From the NCBI RefSeq assembly GCF_009914755.1, contig NC_060925.1: DNA of 64,000 nucleotides; one strand, 5' to 3'. Both the position numbers and the translations under genes were made by a program. The DNA comes from the human T2T-CHM13v2.0 reference genome, Homo sapiens. The notes beneath the pieces were generated by a model, which had not been told where the DNA came from, did no database searches, and saw nothing but the letters and a program-made list of their open reading frames with translations. Positions 1 to 22,728 of this stretch are shown one piece after another; positions within the stretch are counted from its first letter, which is position 1, and the number at the start of each line of letters is the position of its first letter.

Positions 1-66
1 GGACAGGGTGGGTGACAGAAAATGAAAGTCTTTTTGGTGATTGTTAAAGCAAGATGTGTATAAAGA

Positions 67-72
67 AATAAA
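67..72 (+). terminator. AATAAA poly(A) signal of a gene ending at the left window edge (probably PDE4DIP or a PDE4DIP paralog)
   Basis: AATAAA followed by T/GT-rich downstream sequence (ttttctttcactgctttgtttc). Gene identity is inferred only from the known tail-to-tail PDE4DIP/NBPF arrangement; no coding sequence lies in the window. Confidence 0.45.
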
Positions 73-263
73 TAGTTTTTCTTTCACTGCTTTGTTTCCC
101 ATTTCTGCACCAATCCCTTGACAGTATAAAGAACTGGAAAGAGAAAATGGGAAAGACAAACTGTGTTTAAGAAGCATATAGTCTAATGCTTGAACTCTAA
201 CTTTAAAAGATTAAGGTTTTCCTTCTTTGTCATTTTGTAAGAATCCCCAGTCTGAAAATATGA

Positions 264-445
264 AAGAATGGTTCTTAAACTTGGTGTGCCTGAGAAGCAG
301 CTGTGGAGATTATAGGAGCTACCTCCTGGTCTCCAATCCCAGGAGATTTAGTTGGTGTGAGCCCTAGAATCTGCATTTTTTTAATATAAGCACCCCAGAT
401 GATTCCATTACATGTGGGCTTCAGATCACAGTTTAAAAAACAGTG
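264..445. mobile_element. MER5-like hAT-Charlie DNA transposon relic
   Basis: Ends resemble MER5 termini (tggttcttaaactt ... tttaaaaaacagtg); internal agaatctgcattttt..aagcaccccagatgattc motif. Confidence 0.6.
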
Positions 446-644
446 TTCTATAACATTGAATCAAAACTAAAACTACATTTAAGAACCTTGAATCAAAAAG
501 TATGTCATTCCATAAACATTGATATAAAAATTTTAAAATATTCCTTGGGAAAAGTTCTTAGCTACATGCTTTTGATTCCCAAGATTAAAATAAGCTATCA
601 CTTCACAATTATGTACTAGAAACATTTAAAAAATAAAAACAGGT

Positions 645-2071
645 AGAAGGTGGAGTAAGATGGTAGAATAGAATTCTCCAGCAATGGTCTCTCTGAAGGA
701 ACATCAAATTAAACAACTATCTATGTAAGAAAACACTTTCACAAGGGCTAGCCAGGTGAGAGATCATAGCACCCGCTTTTAACTTGCTAACAAGAAAAGA
801 TGCATTGAAGAAGGGAGGAAGGACAGTCTTGCATTGCCTATGACACCTCTCCCCCAACCACAGGAAATTCTCTGAGAGAGAATCTAATGGCTTGGGGACA
901 AGGGGGAAAGTGTGAGACTTTATATTGAAACTTAGTACCAGTCTTGCCATAGTGATACACGGCACTGGGCAGAACCCCACAGCACTTGATTCCAGGCTGG
1001 TGCCCACAGAAGAAGCATTTAGACCCACCCTGGGCCACAAGGGAACCAGCTGCCCCAGCAGGAAGAACCCAGCAAAGTTCTGGCCGGCTTTATCACTGGA
1101 AATTTCTTGGGCTTCAAATAAATTTCAGTGGCAGGCAGGCTGTAGTGGCCGCAGTCCTTGGGCAAGCCCTGATGCTGCATAGGTCTGGAACACCCTGGAC
1201 TTGTGGTGTGAGCCAGTATGATGGCAGCAGCTGCAGCAGCTATGGGAATGCCTGTATCACCCCTCCCCACACTCCAGGCAGTGCAGCCTGAAGAGAGGTT
1301 CCTCTTGCTTGGGGGAAAGAAAGGGAAGTAAGCTAGGGGCTTTACCTGGGAATGCGGAGAACAATCCCTGATCTTCCCCCAAGTCCACAGGGCTGGGGAC
1401 CTAGGAATCGGTAAGAATTGCAGTGTACCTGGGCCTAGGGTGCCCTGTAGTACAAAAATGGCTGCAGTGATCACTGGCTTAGGGAACTCGTCAGCCCACT
1501 TTGAATTCCTGGAAAGTCCTCTGAAGGACAGGTACAAACAAGACCTGACTGCAAAGGCTGGAATAAATACCTTATCCTTCAATGCCCAGATACTGACAAA
1601 CATCAACAGTATCAATAACATTGAAGCCAATATGACCTCAACAAATGGACCAAGTAAGGCACTCAGTGACCAACCCTGGAGAGATGGAGACGTGTAACCT
1701 CTCAGGGAATTCAGAATAGCTATTTTGAGAAAGCGCAATGAACTTCAAGAAAACACAGAGAAACAATTCAGAAATATATCAGAAATTTAACAAGATTACT
1801 GAAGTAAGAGAAAAAAATCAAATGCTGGAGCTGGAAAATGCATTAGTGGGTCTCAGTAGAATTGATCAAGCAGAAGAAAGAATTAGTGAGCATGCAAACA
1901 AGCTATTTGAAAATACAGTCAGAGGAGAAAAAAGAAAAGAAGAATGAGCAGGAACACAGAATGCTTAACAGATCTAGAAGAGGGCCTGAAAAGAGAAAAT
2001 CAAAGATTCATTGGCCTTAAAGAGGGACTTGAGAAGGAGCAAAGAGTAGAACACTTATTCAAAGAAATAAT
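645..2071 (+). mobile_element. Old L1 (L1PB/L1M-type) 5' UTR and degenerate ORF1, truncated at 2071
   Basis: Starts gagtaagatggtagaatag (L1 5' start motif). ORFs 1738-1947 and 1944-2070 give ORF1p-like peptides (SRIDQAEERISE, GLKEGLEKEQRVEHLFKEII). Confidence 0.8.
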
Positions 2072-2072
2072 C

Positions 2073-10767
<8,695 letters not shown>

Positions 10768-10853
10768 TTTTTTTTTTTTTTTGTATTTTGGTAGAGACAG
10801 GGTTTCACCATATTGCCCAGACTGGTTTCAAACTCCTGAGGTCAAGCCATTCT
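10768..10853 (-). mobile_element. Alu left-arm fragment
   Basis: tttttgtattttggtagagacagggtttcaccatattgcccag...aactcctgag. Confidence 0.85.
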
Positions 10854-11220
10854 ATAAAAGAAAATTATATTTGTTTTATCTGAGTTCCTTCCTCAGGAAA
10901 GGACTCTCAGTCCTCTCAAAAAGCATCAGAGACCTGAAACTCAGCCAATCACAGCATCCAGACAATGAGATGCCAGTCCCCTCACTCATCACAAGTGCTT
11001 CCTCACCCCTCCCTAGTTTCTCTCTTCCCACACACAGTTACATTTCTTCTGTGCTATATAAACCCCTAACTTGAGTCAATCAGGGAGACAGATTTGAGAC
11101 TCAACTCCTGTCTACTCAGCTGCAGCACCTGATTAAAGCCTTCTTCCTCAGCAATACTCAATGTCTCAATGATTGTCTTTCTGTGTGCTGAGAACACTGA
11201 AGCCCTGGGGTTTTGGTAAA
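10854..11220 (+). mobile_element. ERV1-class solo LTR (MER4/MER39-group-like)
   Basis: TATA-like ctatataaa at about 11055, ATTAAA at about 11132, LTR-type tail gccttcttcctcagcaatactc...ggggttttggtaa. Confidence 0.6.
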
Positions 11221-12005
11221 AATACATGTACACTTTTAAAAACCGCAATTAATGGGTTGTGGTATATTGAGAAATTGGAGTGGCATCAACTTGGCCAATT
11301 CTGAGGAAACACACTGTGCTTAAGTGTGAGGGCCCTGCCTCCTGACCTCGACAGTTTATGGTTGATTTTGAGGCACAGCAGGGGAGTATGGCCTGGTTTG
11401 AGTGTTTTATAGAAATGTAAAACATGGCTGATTACTTTTTATTTTAAATCCAACAAATCTCCATTTCTGGTTAGAAAATCTTGCCAAAACCAACCAAACA
11501 AATGCATAGAAGTATATGAAGAAGGAAATGAAAGATTCCCTGCCTCCCAATCCCACTTGCTTGGTGTCAGCCATTATTTATCACATGGAGGAAGGGGGAA
11601 AGGCACCCAGGAAGTCCCAAGTCCTGTTCTCACAATCATCTGGCCTCCCTGGGCAAAGGGAAAAGAGGGAAGGCAAAAAGAATATAGCACTACGGTTTGC
11701 AGAAATTTCCCCTTGGTACAGGAAACTCTGGTAAACTGAGAGAGTATGTTTTCCATGAGGGAGGCCTCAAGGGCTCTTCTCTGGCCCTAAGCCCAAACTG
11801 GATTTTGCCTCATTTTCTGAGGTGCAAATGAAATGATAAAAGTTGATCAAAGGAGAGGGCAGAGAGAAAGAGGATGACTCCTCTCTCACAGGTCCACCTT
11901 CCTTGGTGTTGCTTGAGGGATCAGAAGAAATGCCTTAACATAGGTGTGTGGGAACTATGGCTGCTAAGTATGAACTCAGTTACCTCCAGTTATAAGCTAG
12001 TGTGA

Positions 12006-12077
12006 GGTTCCATGGTGTAATGGTGAGCACTTTGGACTCTGAATACAGTGATCAGAGTTCAAGTCTCACTGGGACCT
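12006..12077 (+). tRNA. tRNA-Gln(CTG)-like gene, probably a low-scoring or pseudo copy
   Basis: 72-nt GGTTCCATGGTGTAATGGTGAGCAC...CTCTGAA...GTTCAAGTC...GGGACCT. Acceptor and D stems pair; there is 1 mismatch in the anticodon stem and 2 in the T stem. Confidence 0.9.
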
Positions 12078-15000
12078 TTCTGTATAATTCCAGTGAGGTT
12101 CCTCTCTATTGCTCTATAAGCAGAATGGGGGAAATTGCCCAATCATGGTCACAGACCCTCCATGCCACTGGCTGTGTGCAATTGGAGTCCCGGACCCAGC
12201 GACCAGCAAGACCCCTCCCCTCTCAGGGTGACCCTGGGCCTCCAGGTCACAGGTCTCCACTAAAAAGGCTGCCTCCCCTCAATCCTAGACCCCGAGTTTT
12301 CTTTTGTTCACATCATTGGGCCATTGCCCTATGTCTCTTTGGAAGAAATGACCTATATGAAAAGCTTTACTTCTGGGATTCCCTAATTCCTTCATCCCTT
12401 AGGACAGTGCAGTTTTTCATCTCCTGATCTTGGGTCCAGTACTAAAGCGCGCGTTTGATTTTGTTTTCATGGGATCCCCTCCGACCAGCTACCAGTGGAT
12501 TCCTGTCCTTGGGGTCTCTGTGGACGGCAACTAGATGCTGCTCTTGTCCCAAATCCTGACACCTCCCTCCAGCCAATTGCCTCCCTTAGCCTCCTAAATC
12601 AGCCAATATTTAGATTTGAGCCTGGAATCCCAGCATCTGTGGAGAATAGAGGTTCCTGATCCCTGGCCAGCCTCCCGCAGTGAAGGGGAGAGGAGCAGAG
12701 CAGCTGGGAGGGGCAAGTCCAGGGCCCTGGGCAACCGCCTTCTTCCTGCCCAGACTCTGCTCCAAGGAGAAGTTGCCTTAGGACCAGATCAGATGGACAC
12801 TCTTGTTCTCTTCTCATCAGCAGAAAAATTTAGGCAAGAGCTCTGGAGGACCTTCCTAGCTCATAAAAATGCTGTGGTCAAGTCTCTCCAGTTTTGGAAA
12901 TGTCCAAGGTTACCAAGTGTTTTGAGGGCTCACTTTGGAGCCTCTGAAAAGGAGGGGTCAGGGCCCATGGAAGGTACCTGAGGGATTCAGGAGAGAGAGG
13001 GGAAAGAGCAGACAGGAGGGAGGAGAGAAGGAGGGAGGGGGAGAAAGGGTGTGTGAGGGCCAGGAGCCAGGATTCACCCTGACAGTTCAGTGACTGCTCC
13101 CTGACCCCAAAGTTCCCACTGTGGCACCTTCCAGCAGGTGGTTCCCATCTCTTATTGATGTCCTGAGAACTTGGCTCTGCAGAATGGTCCCACCCTATTT
13201 GTCTGGCATGAGTCCTGCAAAGTTTCTTTTCATCGTTTGGGGGATGAGATGGGGGTATATAGGTTTGTAAGTGACTAGGAGCTAAGTCAGGACCTTGTGG
13301 AGCTGCTCAGAGTTAACTGTCAAGTAGCCTCCTTTCCCCCTTCCCTAGCAGGACGATTGCCTGCAAGACAGGGCCTGGAGGAGGCCAGGGCACCCAAGGC
13401 CACAGAAATGCCCAGGGATGAGTCCCAGCTGGAGATGCCTTGGCTGAGCTGACTGTGCACTTCCAGGGCTCACAGGGGTCTGGCCAGGAGACTGAGCAAG
13501 GGGACCAGGGAGGTTGTGTAGCAGGCTTCTGCACAGCAAGGCAGACATTCTTCTTGGAGCCCCCAACCCAAATCAGGTCTTCCACCGCCTCTTCCTAAAG
13601 ACCCTTTACTGCTGTCGTTCTTTTACTGAACTACAAGTTTAGAGGACATGGATTTCAGTGCCCTCATCTGGCCAACCATCTTCAGCTGCCAATGCCCAAG
13701 GTAACCTCCCTCCCTGCCAAGACCTGACTCAGGACCTTTCCTTAAGGAGATGTCCTGTTCTTTCTTTCCCACCAGAACTGCCCTGGCCCAGACCCCATTT
13801 CTGTCTGGTGACCAGGACAGTCCCCTCACCAGTCTCCCAGGTTGGGGAGGGCAGATCCTCCTCAGCTCCCTGCCCCTGAGAGACCCCAACCGTCTTGTGT
13901 GGCTCCGGCCCACAGAGTGATATCCATGGCCCATATCTCTCAAAACTCTCCCCTCCCACTCTGAATCCACCCTCTACTGCATGCTCCCCTCACAGAACAG
14001 ACTAATTTTTGTGTGTGTGTCCTTGTTTTGCCTACCTGTACCCCAGATAGACTTTTCTGTCTTAGAACTACCTGTCCCTCTTTGAACAGTGTCTTCCTGG
14101 TACTACACATGAAGATGTCCCGCTCTCCCCTGCTCAAGGAGAGAGTGCCTGACCTGAGCTGGGCCCATCAGATCCAGTACTTACCTGGAATAGGAAAACG
14201 ATGGGGAGGGTGACCAAAGATTGCAAAAATCTTTGAAGCTTATCTACTTGAGAGAGAGTCCCTGAAGATACTGGCCTCTCATTCCTGCTATGTATATCCA
14301 ATGTGACTGAACTCTGAATAAAATATACAAGTTATAACAATGTAGCAATTGACCCAGCAAATGAGGACACAAACGTGTTGGAGGGTAAGGTGGTGAGAGG
14401 CGTGTTTGGGGGTGGTGGTGATGAGCAAGTATGTGAAGGAGAGGTAGTGCCTAAACTTGAAAATCAAAAAGTAATAATATCTATTTAGACATAAGGAGAT
14501 AAATAACGAAATAATTGCTTCTATGTGATGAAACTCTGGGAGTACACAAGGGGACTGCTACTTTACTAAACAAATTTTCAAGTATATATAACTTTGATAA
14601 GGTATCCAAATAAAATAATTCCTTTCCCATATAAGTATGTGTATATATGTATTCATTGTATTTTGAAGATAAATTTTTACACAGTCATGTTAATCGCTTT
14701 CATTTAAGGATTTGAGTTTGAGGTCTTGCATACAATGTGATCCCACTGTATGACTACACAAATGTTGGCAAAAGTGAGTTCAGAGGAAGTGGTAGGCAAG
14801 TACTTCCCAGTTTTGGCCAGAAGATGGAGAAAAAAATAATTCTCAAAAAATGTTAAAAGTATGACATGTTATATCTTCTTTTCACAGTAATTTAGACAGA
14901 AATTAGCAAAATCAAACATGTATAAATACTTTGGTCTGACAATTCCATCTCCAGGTGTCTACGGAGAAATAAACAAGTGATGCACGACAGATACATGTGT

Positions 15001-16323
15001 CAGTCTGGTCCCTGCAGTTGTATTTGTAATAATACACATTGGAGCAATTTCATGGCCATCAGTTAGAGAATGTTTGAGGAATGATCCATTCATATCAAGA
15101 AGGACATTTCAAAGATCAAAGCCTGATGGAAATGCTGGAGACCATGGAGCTGATAGGAGCTCATGCGTGTTGACCAATTACTACGTGACAGGCATTGGCT
15201 GCACGCTTTTCCTGCACTGCTCATTTAAACACTGGACAACCTAAGTGTTCTGATTTAGCCCATTGGACAGATAGAAATGGAGGCACAGAAGATTCATGTG
15301 TTTAACTTCAAACCCTGGCAGATTAGGTTTTTCATCCAGAGCCTGTGGCTTCACCATAGCTGTGATTCACGTTCTGTCATTCTCCACTTTAGGAATTTCC
15401 AGTATTCCAAATATGAGAAGCTGAGAAAACAAACAACAAACTCAAAACCCTAAAAACCAGGATACGTAAGGGTAGATGTTTGTTGGGTGTGGATTAAAAA
15501 TGGACTTTTTTTGCCCCAAGCAACAAAGAGGCACCTTAGAAAATAGACAAGAGACAAGAGGAAGAGAAGCTTTAAGAGATATTTGGTCCAAGGAAGAGAC
15601 TCTTCAGATGGAAGGTCACGTCAGCTAGAAACATTAATATGACTGGATGGGCTCAAACCACTGACTTTTCAGTCAACATCCGACAGCACTAACCCAGTGT
15701 TCCAGAGACACTGCTTGTTAAACAGTGAAAGCTGTTGCTCAATTGTGTCATCCGTAATTGTCAAATATTGCCATTTAGTAGCACAAGGAAGTATTCTCTG
15801 TTGCCAAGCTAGAGTACCCATAACTCTTCTGTTTTGTTGAACATTCTTCCCCACCACAAACCCTCTTTAGAAGACTGGGGGCTCCTAAAGCATTGAGGCC
15901 GAGAGTCCCGTCCTTGTGCATGTTTGGGCATTGACCCAGGGCCAAGTCAGTGGGAGACTCCTCCACGCCTACGCCAGGTCCCCAGGTGACAACTGCAGTC
16001 TCTGGATCTGAAGTCATCCACTTTCCCATTCCTAGCTCACCTCACCCATCGTGAAGCCTGGTTAGTATTGCCAGAGACCCGAGTGGGCAGATGCCCACAC
16101 CAAAGACAGAACCTGCTGCGTGCCCACCTTGCTGATCCCTCCCTCCTTCTAGACAAAGGCTTCATAAGCCAGGGACCTTGGGTTTGCTCACAAGGCAGCC
16201 CCTCACCTAGTAGGCATTAGTTCATTATGTATATGTATATGTAGTCCTCAGGTTGTATTCCTTAAATATATATAATTTAAGGATATGTATTATATATATA
16301 TAAATATATATGTAATTCCTTAA

Positions 16324-16638
<315 letters not shown>

Positions 16639-16781
16639 AAAACAAAGTTTTTAAAAGATTCCTTTAATAAACATTTACAATAACATCAAGAAATATAAAC
16701 GACATAGCAAATATGTGAAAGCCAGCCAGACTCTCAATGGCATCCAGAAACATAAACTACATAGAAAAGACATGAAAGCCA

Positions 16782-17072
16782 GCCAGGCTTGGCTTCGAAT
16801 CCCAGCACTTTGGAAGGCTGTGGCAGGAGGGTTGCTTGATCTCAGAAGCTTGAAACTAGCCTAGGCAACATAGTGAGCCCTCATCTCTACTGAAAATCAG
16901 AAAAATTACCCGGGTTTGGTGGTGTGAGCCTGTAGTCCCAGGAATCAGTGGATGAGGCCCTAGGATGTCATAGGCCTGAGAATTCCATGCTGCAGTGAGC
17001 TGTGATTGTGCCACTGTACTCCAGCCTGGGTGAAAGAGTGAGATCCTGTGCAGAAACAAAAGAAGAAAAAAA
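16782..17072 (+). mobile_element. Old Alu (AluJ-like)
   Basis: cccagcactttgg...gcagtgagctgtgattgtgccactgtactccagcctggg plus A-rich tail. Confidence 0.85.
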
Positions 17073-17074
17073 GA

Positions 17075-17569
17075 GATGTGAAAGCCTATATATTGAAGAC
17101 TACCAAGTACTGCTTAGAGCAGTTAAAGACCTTTGGAATAGAAAATGTTTCTTCTTGCATTTCAAGATTGCTTTTGTTTTGGGGGGACACACTATTTTTT
17201 AGGAATATGAAGTTCTTCTTAGGCATTCCTGTAAAAAAGGCCACTTCTTGATAGGATTGTATTGAATCTGTGGGTTGCTTTGAGTTGTATTTTTATCTTA
17301 ACCATGTTACAACTTCCAACCCATGGACACAAGATGTCTGTCCATTGATTTAGGTCTTCCTGAATCTCCTCGAGCAATGTTCTGTAGTTGTCTGTGTACA
17401 AGTACTGCACCTTCTTGAACAAATTTATTCCCAGGCATATTATTCTTACAAGTGCTATTATAAATGAAATCATTGTGTCAATTTTCTTCTCAGATTGTTC
17501 ATTGCTAACACAACTGATTGTTTACTGAAAGTTTGCTGAATTCACTTATTAACTCTAGTAGTGTGTGTA

Positions 17570-17600
<31 letters not shown>

Positions 17601-19425
17601 CTGGCCTCTGTGTGCATGTATGTGTGTTTGCATCTGTAGGTATTATTTGGGATTTTCTATGCATAGGATCACACCATCTGCAAATTGAGATCATTTTGTT
17701 TTCTGTTCAAAAATACTTTTTCTCATGTTTATTTTTAAAAGATAATTTGGCCAGGTGTAGAATTGTAGGTGACAGTTTTTCTTTTTTTAAGTTCTTTATT
17801 GCAAACTTCTTGTTTGTATGAGAAATCTTATGCCATCCTTATATTTAGTGCTCTGTATGTAACATGTTCTTTCCCTTTTTATTCCTTTTAGGATTTCCTT
17901 TTTATCACTGGTTTTGATGGATTTGATTAAGGCGTTCCTTGGTGAAGTTTTCTTCATGTTTCTTGTTCTTAGAATAATCATATTTCTGTAATATTTGAAG
18001 TTTATGGTTTCCATGGAGCTTCTAAATCTTTCATCCAGTATGTTTTAAATATCTTTGTCTCTCTTCTCCACTACACGCCCTTCAGGGATTCCATTTAGCC
18101 CTATACTGGGGGGTTTAAAGTTTTGATGCCGATGGTCTTTTTATGTTTTCAAGTCATTTGTTACTGTGTGTTTCATTTATGTTAGTTTCAACTTCTATTC
18201 CTTCTAGTTCAATAATCTTCTCTTCTGCAATGTTTAATCCACTGCCTTCTTCCATTTCAGACTGTAAATCATACTTTTTATCTACAGAATTTGATATTTA
18301 AAAAATCTTCAACCTCCCCATTTAATTAAAATACAATTATACTAACTGCTCTAATGTCCTTTTCTTCTATGTCCAACATGTCTGTCAATTTCAACTAGAT
18401 TATTAGATTCTTCATTATGTGTCATGTTTTCCTGCTTCTTTGGCTGCTTGATATTCTTTTATTTTTTTTTTTTTTTTTTTTTGCGGGGGGATAGAGTTTT
18501 GCTCTCGTTGCCCAGGCTGGAGTGCAATGGTGTGATCTCAGCTCACTGCAACCTCCACCTCCCAGGTACACAAGCGATTCTCCTGTCTCAGCCTCCCAAG
18601 TAGCTCAGATTACAGGCATGCACCATCATACCTGGCTAATTTTTTTGTATTTAGTAGAGATGGGGTTTCACCATGTTAGTCAGGCTGGTCGTGAACTCCT
18701 GACCTCAGGTGATCCATCTGGCTGCTTGATATTCTAAGATTTGATGCTGGAACTTTGGTGTCAATGCTCAAAATGCCCAAAGACACCACTCAACCTCAGT
18801 GTCTATGCACACCCAAGCTTTTGCAGCAGGACAGGTAGAGCAGAGATGAGTGTGCTACAACATGCTGGTAGAGGGTACCCCCAATTGTGCTTGGGGATTT
18901 CCTATTCCTCATGGAAAAATGTGTCTTCCTTAATTTTTCCCATAAGAACCACCCTACTTCATGCCCTGTCTCTCTGTCCAAACACCAGGACAGTCCTCTC
19001 ACCAGTCTCAACCACCCAATGGATTGACAAAGGTGCAAATATGATTCAGTGGAGAAGGCATTCTCTTGTCAACAAATTGTGTAGAAACAACTTTTTTTTA
19101 CACAATTTGTTTTTTTTATCCCCAAAGGAAAAAAATTCACCTGAACCTCAATACTAACTCAAAAACTAACTCAAAATGGATTATGCAACTAAATATAAAC
19201 TATAAAACTAGAAAAAGTATAGCAGAAAATATAAGACAAAATCTTCATGACACAGAGATAGGTAAAGTGTTCTTTATTATCAATAAACACAAACCATTAA
19301 AGAAAACATTGATAAATTCGACTTTATGAAAATTAAAAGTTTTTGCTCAACAGTACTAAGAGAACAAATATAAGCTGCAGTTTGGGAGAAAAACAGTGGA
19401 AATCACCAATATGACAAAGGGCATG
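17075..19425. mobile_element. Fragmented ancient L1M pieces in both orientations, with a (TG)n tract at about 17560-17625
   Basis: ORF2-like peptide 17219-17473 (LGINLFKKVQYLYTDNYRTLLEEI) and ORF1-like peptide 17796-18014. Confidence 0.65.
18458..18718 (-). mobile_element. 5'-truncated Alu with 17-bp TSD
   Basis: TSD tggctgcttgatattct at 18441-18457 and 18719-18735. Confidence 0.9.
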
Positions 19426-19750
19426 TGTGATAGTTACTTGTACTTGTCACTGTGACCGAGCACCAGGGTGCCAGGACATTTGGCCAAACATGATTCTGGT
19501 TGTGTTCCAGAGAGTCTTTCAGATACGATTAACATTGGGATGGGCAGACTAAGTGAAGCAGATTGCCCTCCTTAATAGGGGTGGGCCTCATGCAATCCAT
19601 CAAGGGCCAGGAGAGAATTAAGAGGCCTAATGGGAAACAAATGCTTTCCTGGATATCCAGCTTTCCTTCCATCTTGGGAATTTCAGCCTCCATAATCTCA
19701 GAAGCAAATTCATGTATATATATATACACACATATACATTTCATAGGTAT
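19426..19750 (+). mobile_element. MLT2-type (ERVL) LTR fragment
   Basis: gactaagtgaagcagattgccctcc...gtgggcctcatgcaatccatcaagggcc motif. Confidence 0.7.
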
Positions 19751-20952
19751 GTGGCTAAGATTGTATTTTTACAAGTTCAGCCATGAGATTGGTGAAGCCA
19801 GCCAATGAATAAGGGTGTGTTCTATTATACGATTCAGTCTTCTTTTGTAAACGATTGAAGTTCTGCATTTGAAGTAGGAGGATAGGAGGGAGCAAGTCCA
19901 CCTAGGATGATAACAGCTGAATTTCTCAACATACACTTCAGAGCTGTAGGGGTCAAGTTAGAGACTCAAAAATCTCACCCATAATCCTGCCCCTAAACAC
20001 CAGGGCTAGGGAACACTGTGGCCCTCAGGTGATTTTCTTTAGCCAGGTCTGGGAGCCACACGACGGCAGAGGGAGCAGGAAACACTATGCAAATAGAGGC
20101 CAGGACAGCAGGGAGGGCCTGTTCATGATAGAACCCAGGCAAAACTCTCCTCAGAAAGCGAGTGTGGAGAAACATAGATCATGCCTGAGACCTGGTGGAT
20201 TAGAGCACTGGCTACTGGGGAATTGAAAGGAAGGGGCTTCACCGTGCAGAGGACCAGAGGTGCCAATCTTGGAAACGCAGAATTGCTGGGAGATGGGGAG
20301 GCACGGACCATGGAAGTATCCTCTGGAGACTCATGGTGAAGAGAACAAATGAATGAAGTAACTGGCAGAAATTAGAGGTCCTGGTAGAACAAAATAGAAT
20401 CCCACAATGAGAACATACACCATGTATGTCCCCCAAGGAAGACAATATCTCCTAAAAACTCCAGAAAAATCATTTTGGGCAAGCACCTTATATCTAGTAA
20501 TGCGATCCATGTATCGAGACCGTGAGAAAAGATTATTAAACATGCTAAACTCAGCGAGACCTGATTCCCTCATGAGGACTCTGTTAAGGATGAGTACCAC
20601 TCAGCAAGTGACGACTGTGACATTCACTTTTGAATAGCTCATGAGCGTTAATATATTTCATTGTGGATCTAAACCAAAAACCAAGGTAGGGGCAGGATGA
20701 TAATCACAGAATGTCACCGGTATATGTTTAGGTTCAAATACTATTATGAGAAGTGGCAGGTAAAGGAGGTAGGAAAAAGAAAACACATCATGTAATTGAC
20801 TGTTGTATGGAAATATTTGATGCTGAAAGTTATAATTTAAAACTATAAACCAAATATTAGAAGTGTGTCTAGTCCAAAGGGAGGAAAACCATCAAAAACA
20901 TTTTTAGTGCAATATTTAACATGAGCTATACAACCCTTCCTAAATGCCAAAG

Positions 20953-21007
20953 GCACACACAGACACACACACAGACACACACACACAGACACACACACAC
21001 TCACACT
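20953..21007. repeat. Interrupted (CA)n microsatellite
   Basis: Direct reading. Confidence 0.9.
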
Positions 21008-21120
21008 CACGAAGAATACAAATGACTAGAACCAAGAAATGTAAATACATTCTGCTACATATGGTAAACATAGCCTACAATGTGGAAGAGATTAGAAAAT
21101 AAACATGGAAATGAAATGTT

Positions 21121-21126
21121 TTTATT
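21121..21126 (-). terminator. Distal NBPF poly(A) signal AATAAA
   Basis: tttatt on the + strand, about 1.6 kb beyond the stop codon. Confidence 0.65.
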
Positions 21127-21225
21127 AATTCGCATCAGTACCCACCAAAACCAATCAGCATAATCAAATATTATAACACTGAATGTAAAAAACAATCCAA
21201 AAGTCCAGAGTGATAGGCAAAAGGT

Positions 21226-21231
21226 TTTAAT
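21226..21231 (-). terminator. Proximal NBPF poly(A) signal ATTAAA
   Basis: CTATACAATTAAAACCTTTTGCCTATCA on the - strand, which I recall as the usual NBPF mRNA end. Confidence 0.65.
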
Positions 21232-22728
21232 TGTATAGATTAAAATTAACTTTGGACAAAAATTAAAACTCAGGCAGAGAATGTTTTCTTCTTTTTGCAA
21301 CAGCAGACACTAGTAAAAACAAAGGCACAGTAAAAATTGAGACCCAAAATTTGCAGCGTAGAGATATGAATATAATAATAGACACAGGCAGGGAGGATTA
21401 ATAAATGATAAAATGTTTAGAGGATGATCATTAGAATACAGGATATTTATACTCTTGAAAACCGCTTTCCCAAGTACTTCATTATAAGTAAGGTGTCTCT
21501 AAAAGGGACAGATCTCCTAGACCCCTCCTTAACCAAGTAACCAGTCCTGATATCATAATGGTGATGGACAAACTAGACCTTCTCTGCCCGCAGATGGGCT
21601 GAGGTTGGAAACTCACAGCATTGTCTCTGCAGTGTTCCCGGCAAAACGTTTAGGCTGAATTTAATCATGAAGACATTTTCAGACAACTTCAGAATGTAGA
21701 TCATTGAGCCAGACAGCTGACCTGTCCTCTATAAACAAGTCCATGTCACCACCATCCATGACAACAACAAAAAGATGAGGAAATATTTGGGGTTCAAAAT
21801 AACTAAAGAAATGCAGCTACATTATCTTTTTACTTTTTTTGAACCCAAAATATCTCTTCTCCTTTTTGTTGTGTGATTTGTGGTGATAAGGACTATGTGA
21901 AGGAGACAGGTCAGTTGTCCTGCTCAGTGTTCTACATTCTGCAGTTGTCTGGTGATTACCTCCTATGAAACTCAGGCTAAGCGTTTTCTGCAAGAACATG
22001 GCATTGTTCATATTCTGCACCGGCAGAGTCCTGGGTGACATGCTGTCTCCTGCCAGCGGCTCCTGACTCCTGTTCTCTACAGGATGGAATTGAGAGGAGC
22101 AGGGCTAAGGCCTCCCAATGCTGTTTGTCCATCTAGCTGTGGTCTTCCTAAGTACTGACACCAATTGGAGGCTGAAGGACTGTGGCTTCTCTAACCAAAG
22201 GAGCCTAGCGGGTTAACAATTGTCAAGAGCAGTTGGTGGTTCTGAAATACAATCCTCAGCCAAGGATCCCTCCTGTGTTACAGATGGATCAGCTAAAACA
22301 AGCCAACACTGAAGACACGAAGAATGAGGTTAGGTTCATTGAAACCAGGGTAACACCTTTGGATGAGCTAAACACAAAGATGACAATGACCTTGAGCAGG
22401 TATAGAAGCTCAGAGACATGTCTGCAAAATGAAATCCCTGAGGAATTTTGTAGCTACCCAGAGATACGTGGTTCAAATTAAAATGTCTGACTGATCACTC
22501 CCGGCATGTGCTGCACAGTTATGTGAACGTGTCACACCTAACGTGGGTCCATTGTCTTCAGACTGAGCACAGGTTGCCACTGGCATGGTTTGAGAATAGG
22601 AATAGAGCCATGCCCACTGACCCATCCTATGTCTGGGCTTCCAAATGGAACTGTAGTTTCATTCAAATCTTCACGTGCCTATAGGTCCTGCCTGCAGGAA
22701 TGACATCTCTCGGCTTAGTAAGGGCTGC

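Noticed and set aside
1019-1738. 239-aa minus-strand ORF
   Set aside because: It lies antisense within an old L1 5' region, has a non-ATG start, and shows no recognisable domain.
16259-16283. Short hairpin tccttaaat-(TA)-atttaagga
   Set aside because: A 9-bp stem in AT-rich low-complexity DNA next to an Alu tail is not distinguishable from chance or slippage.
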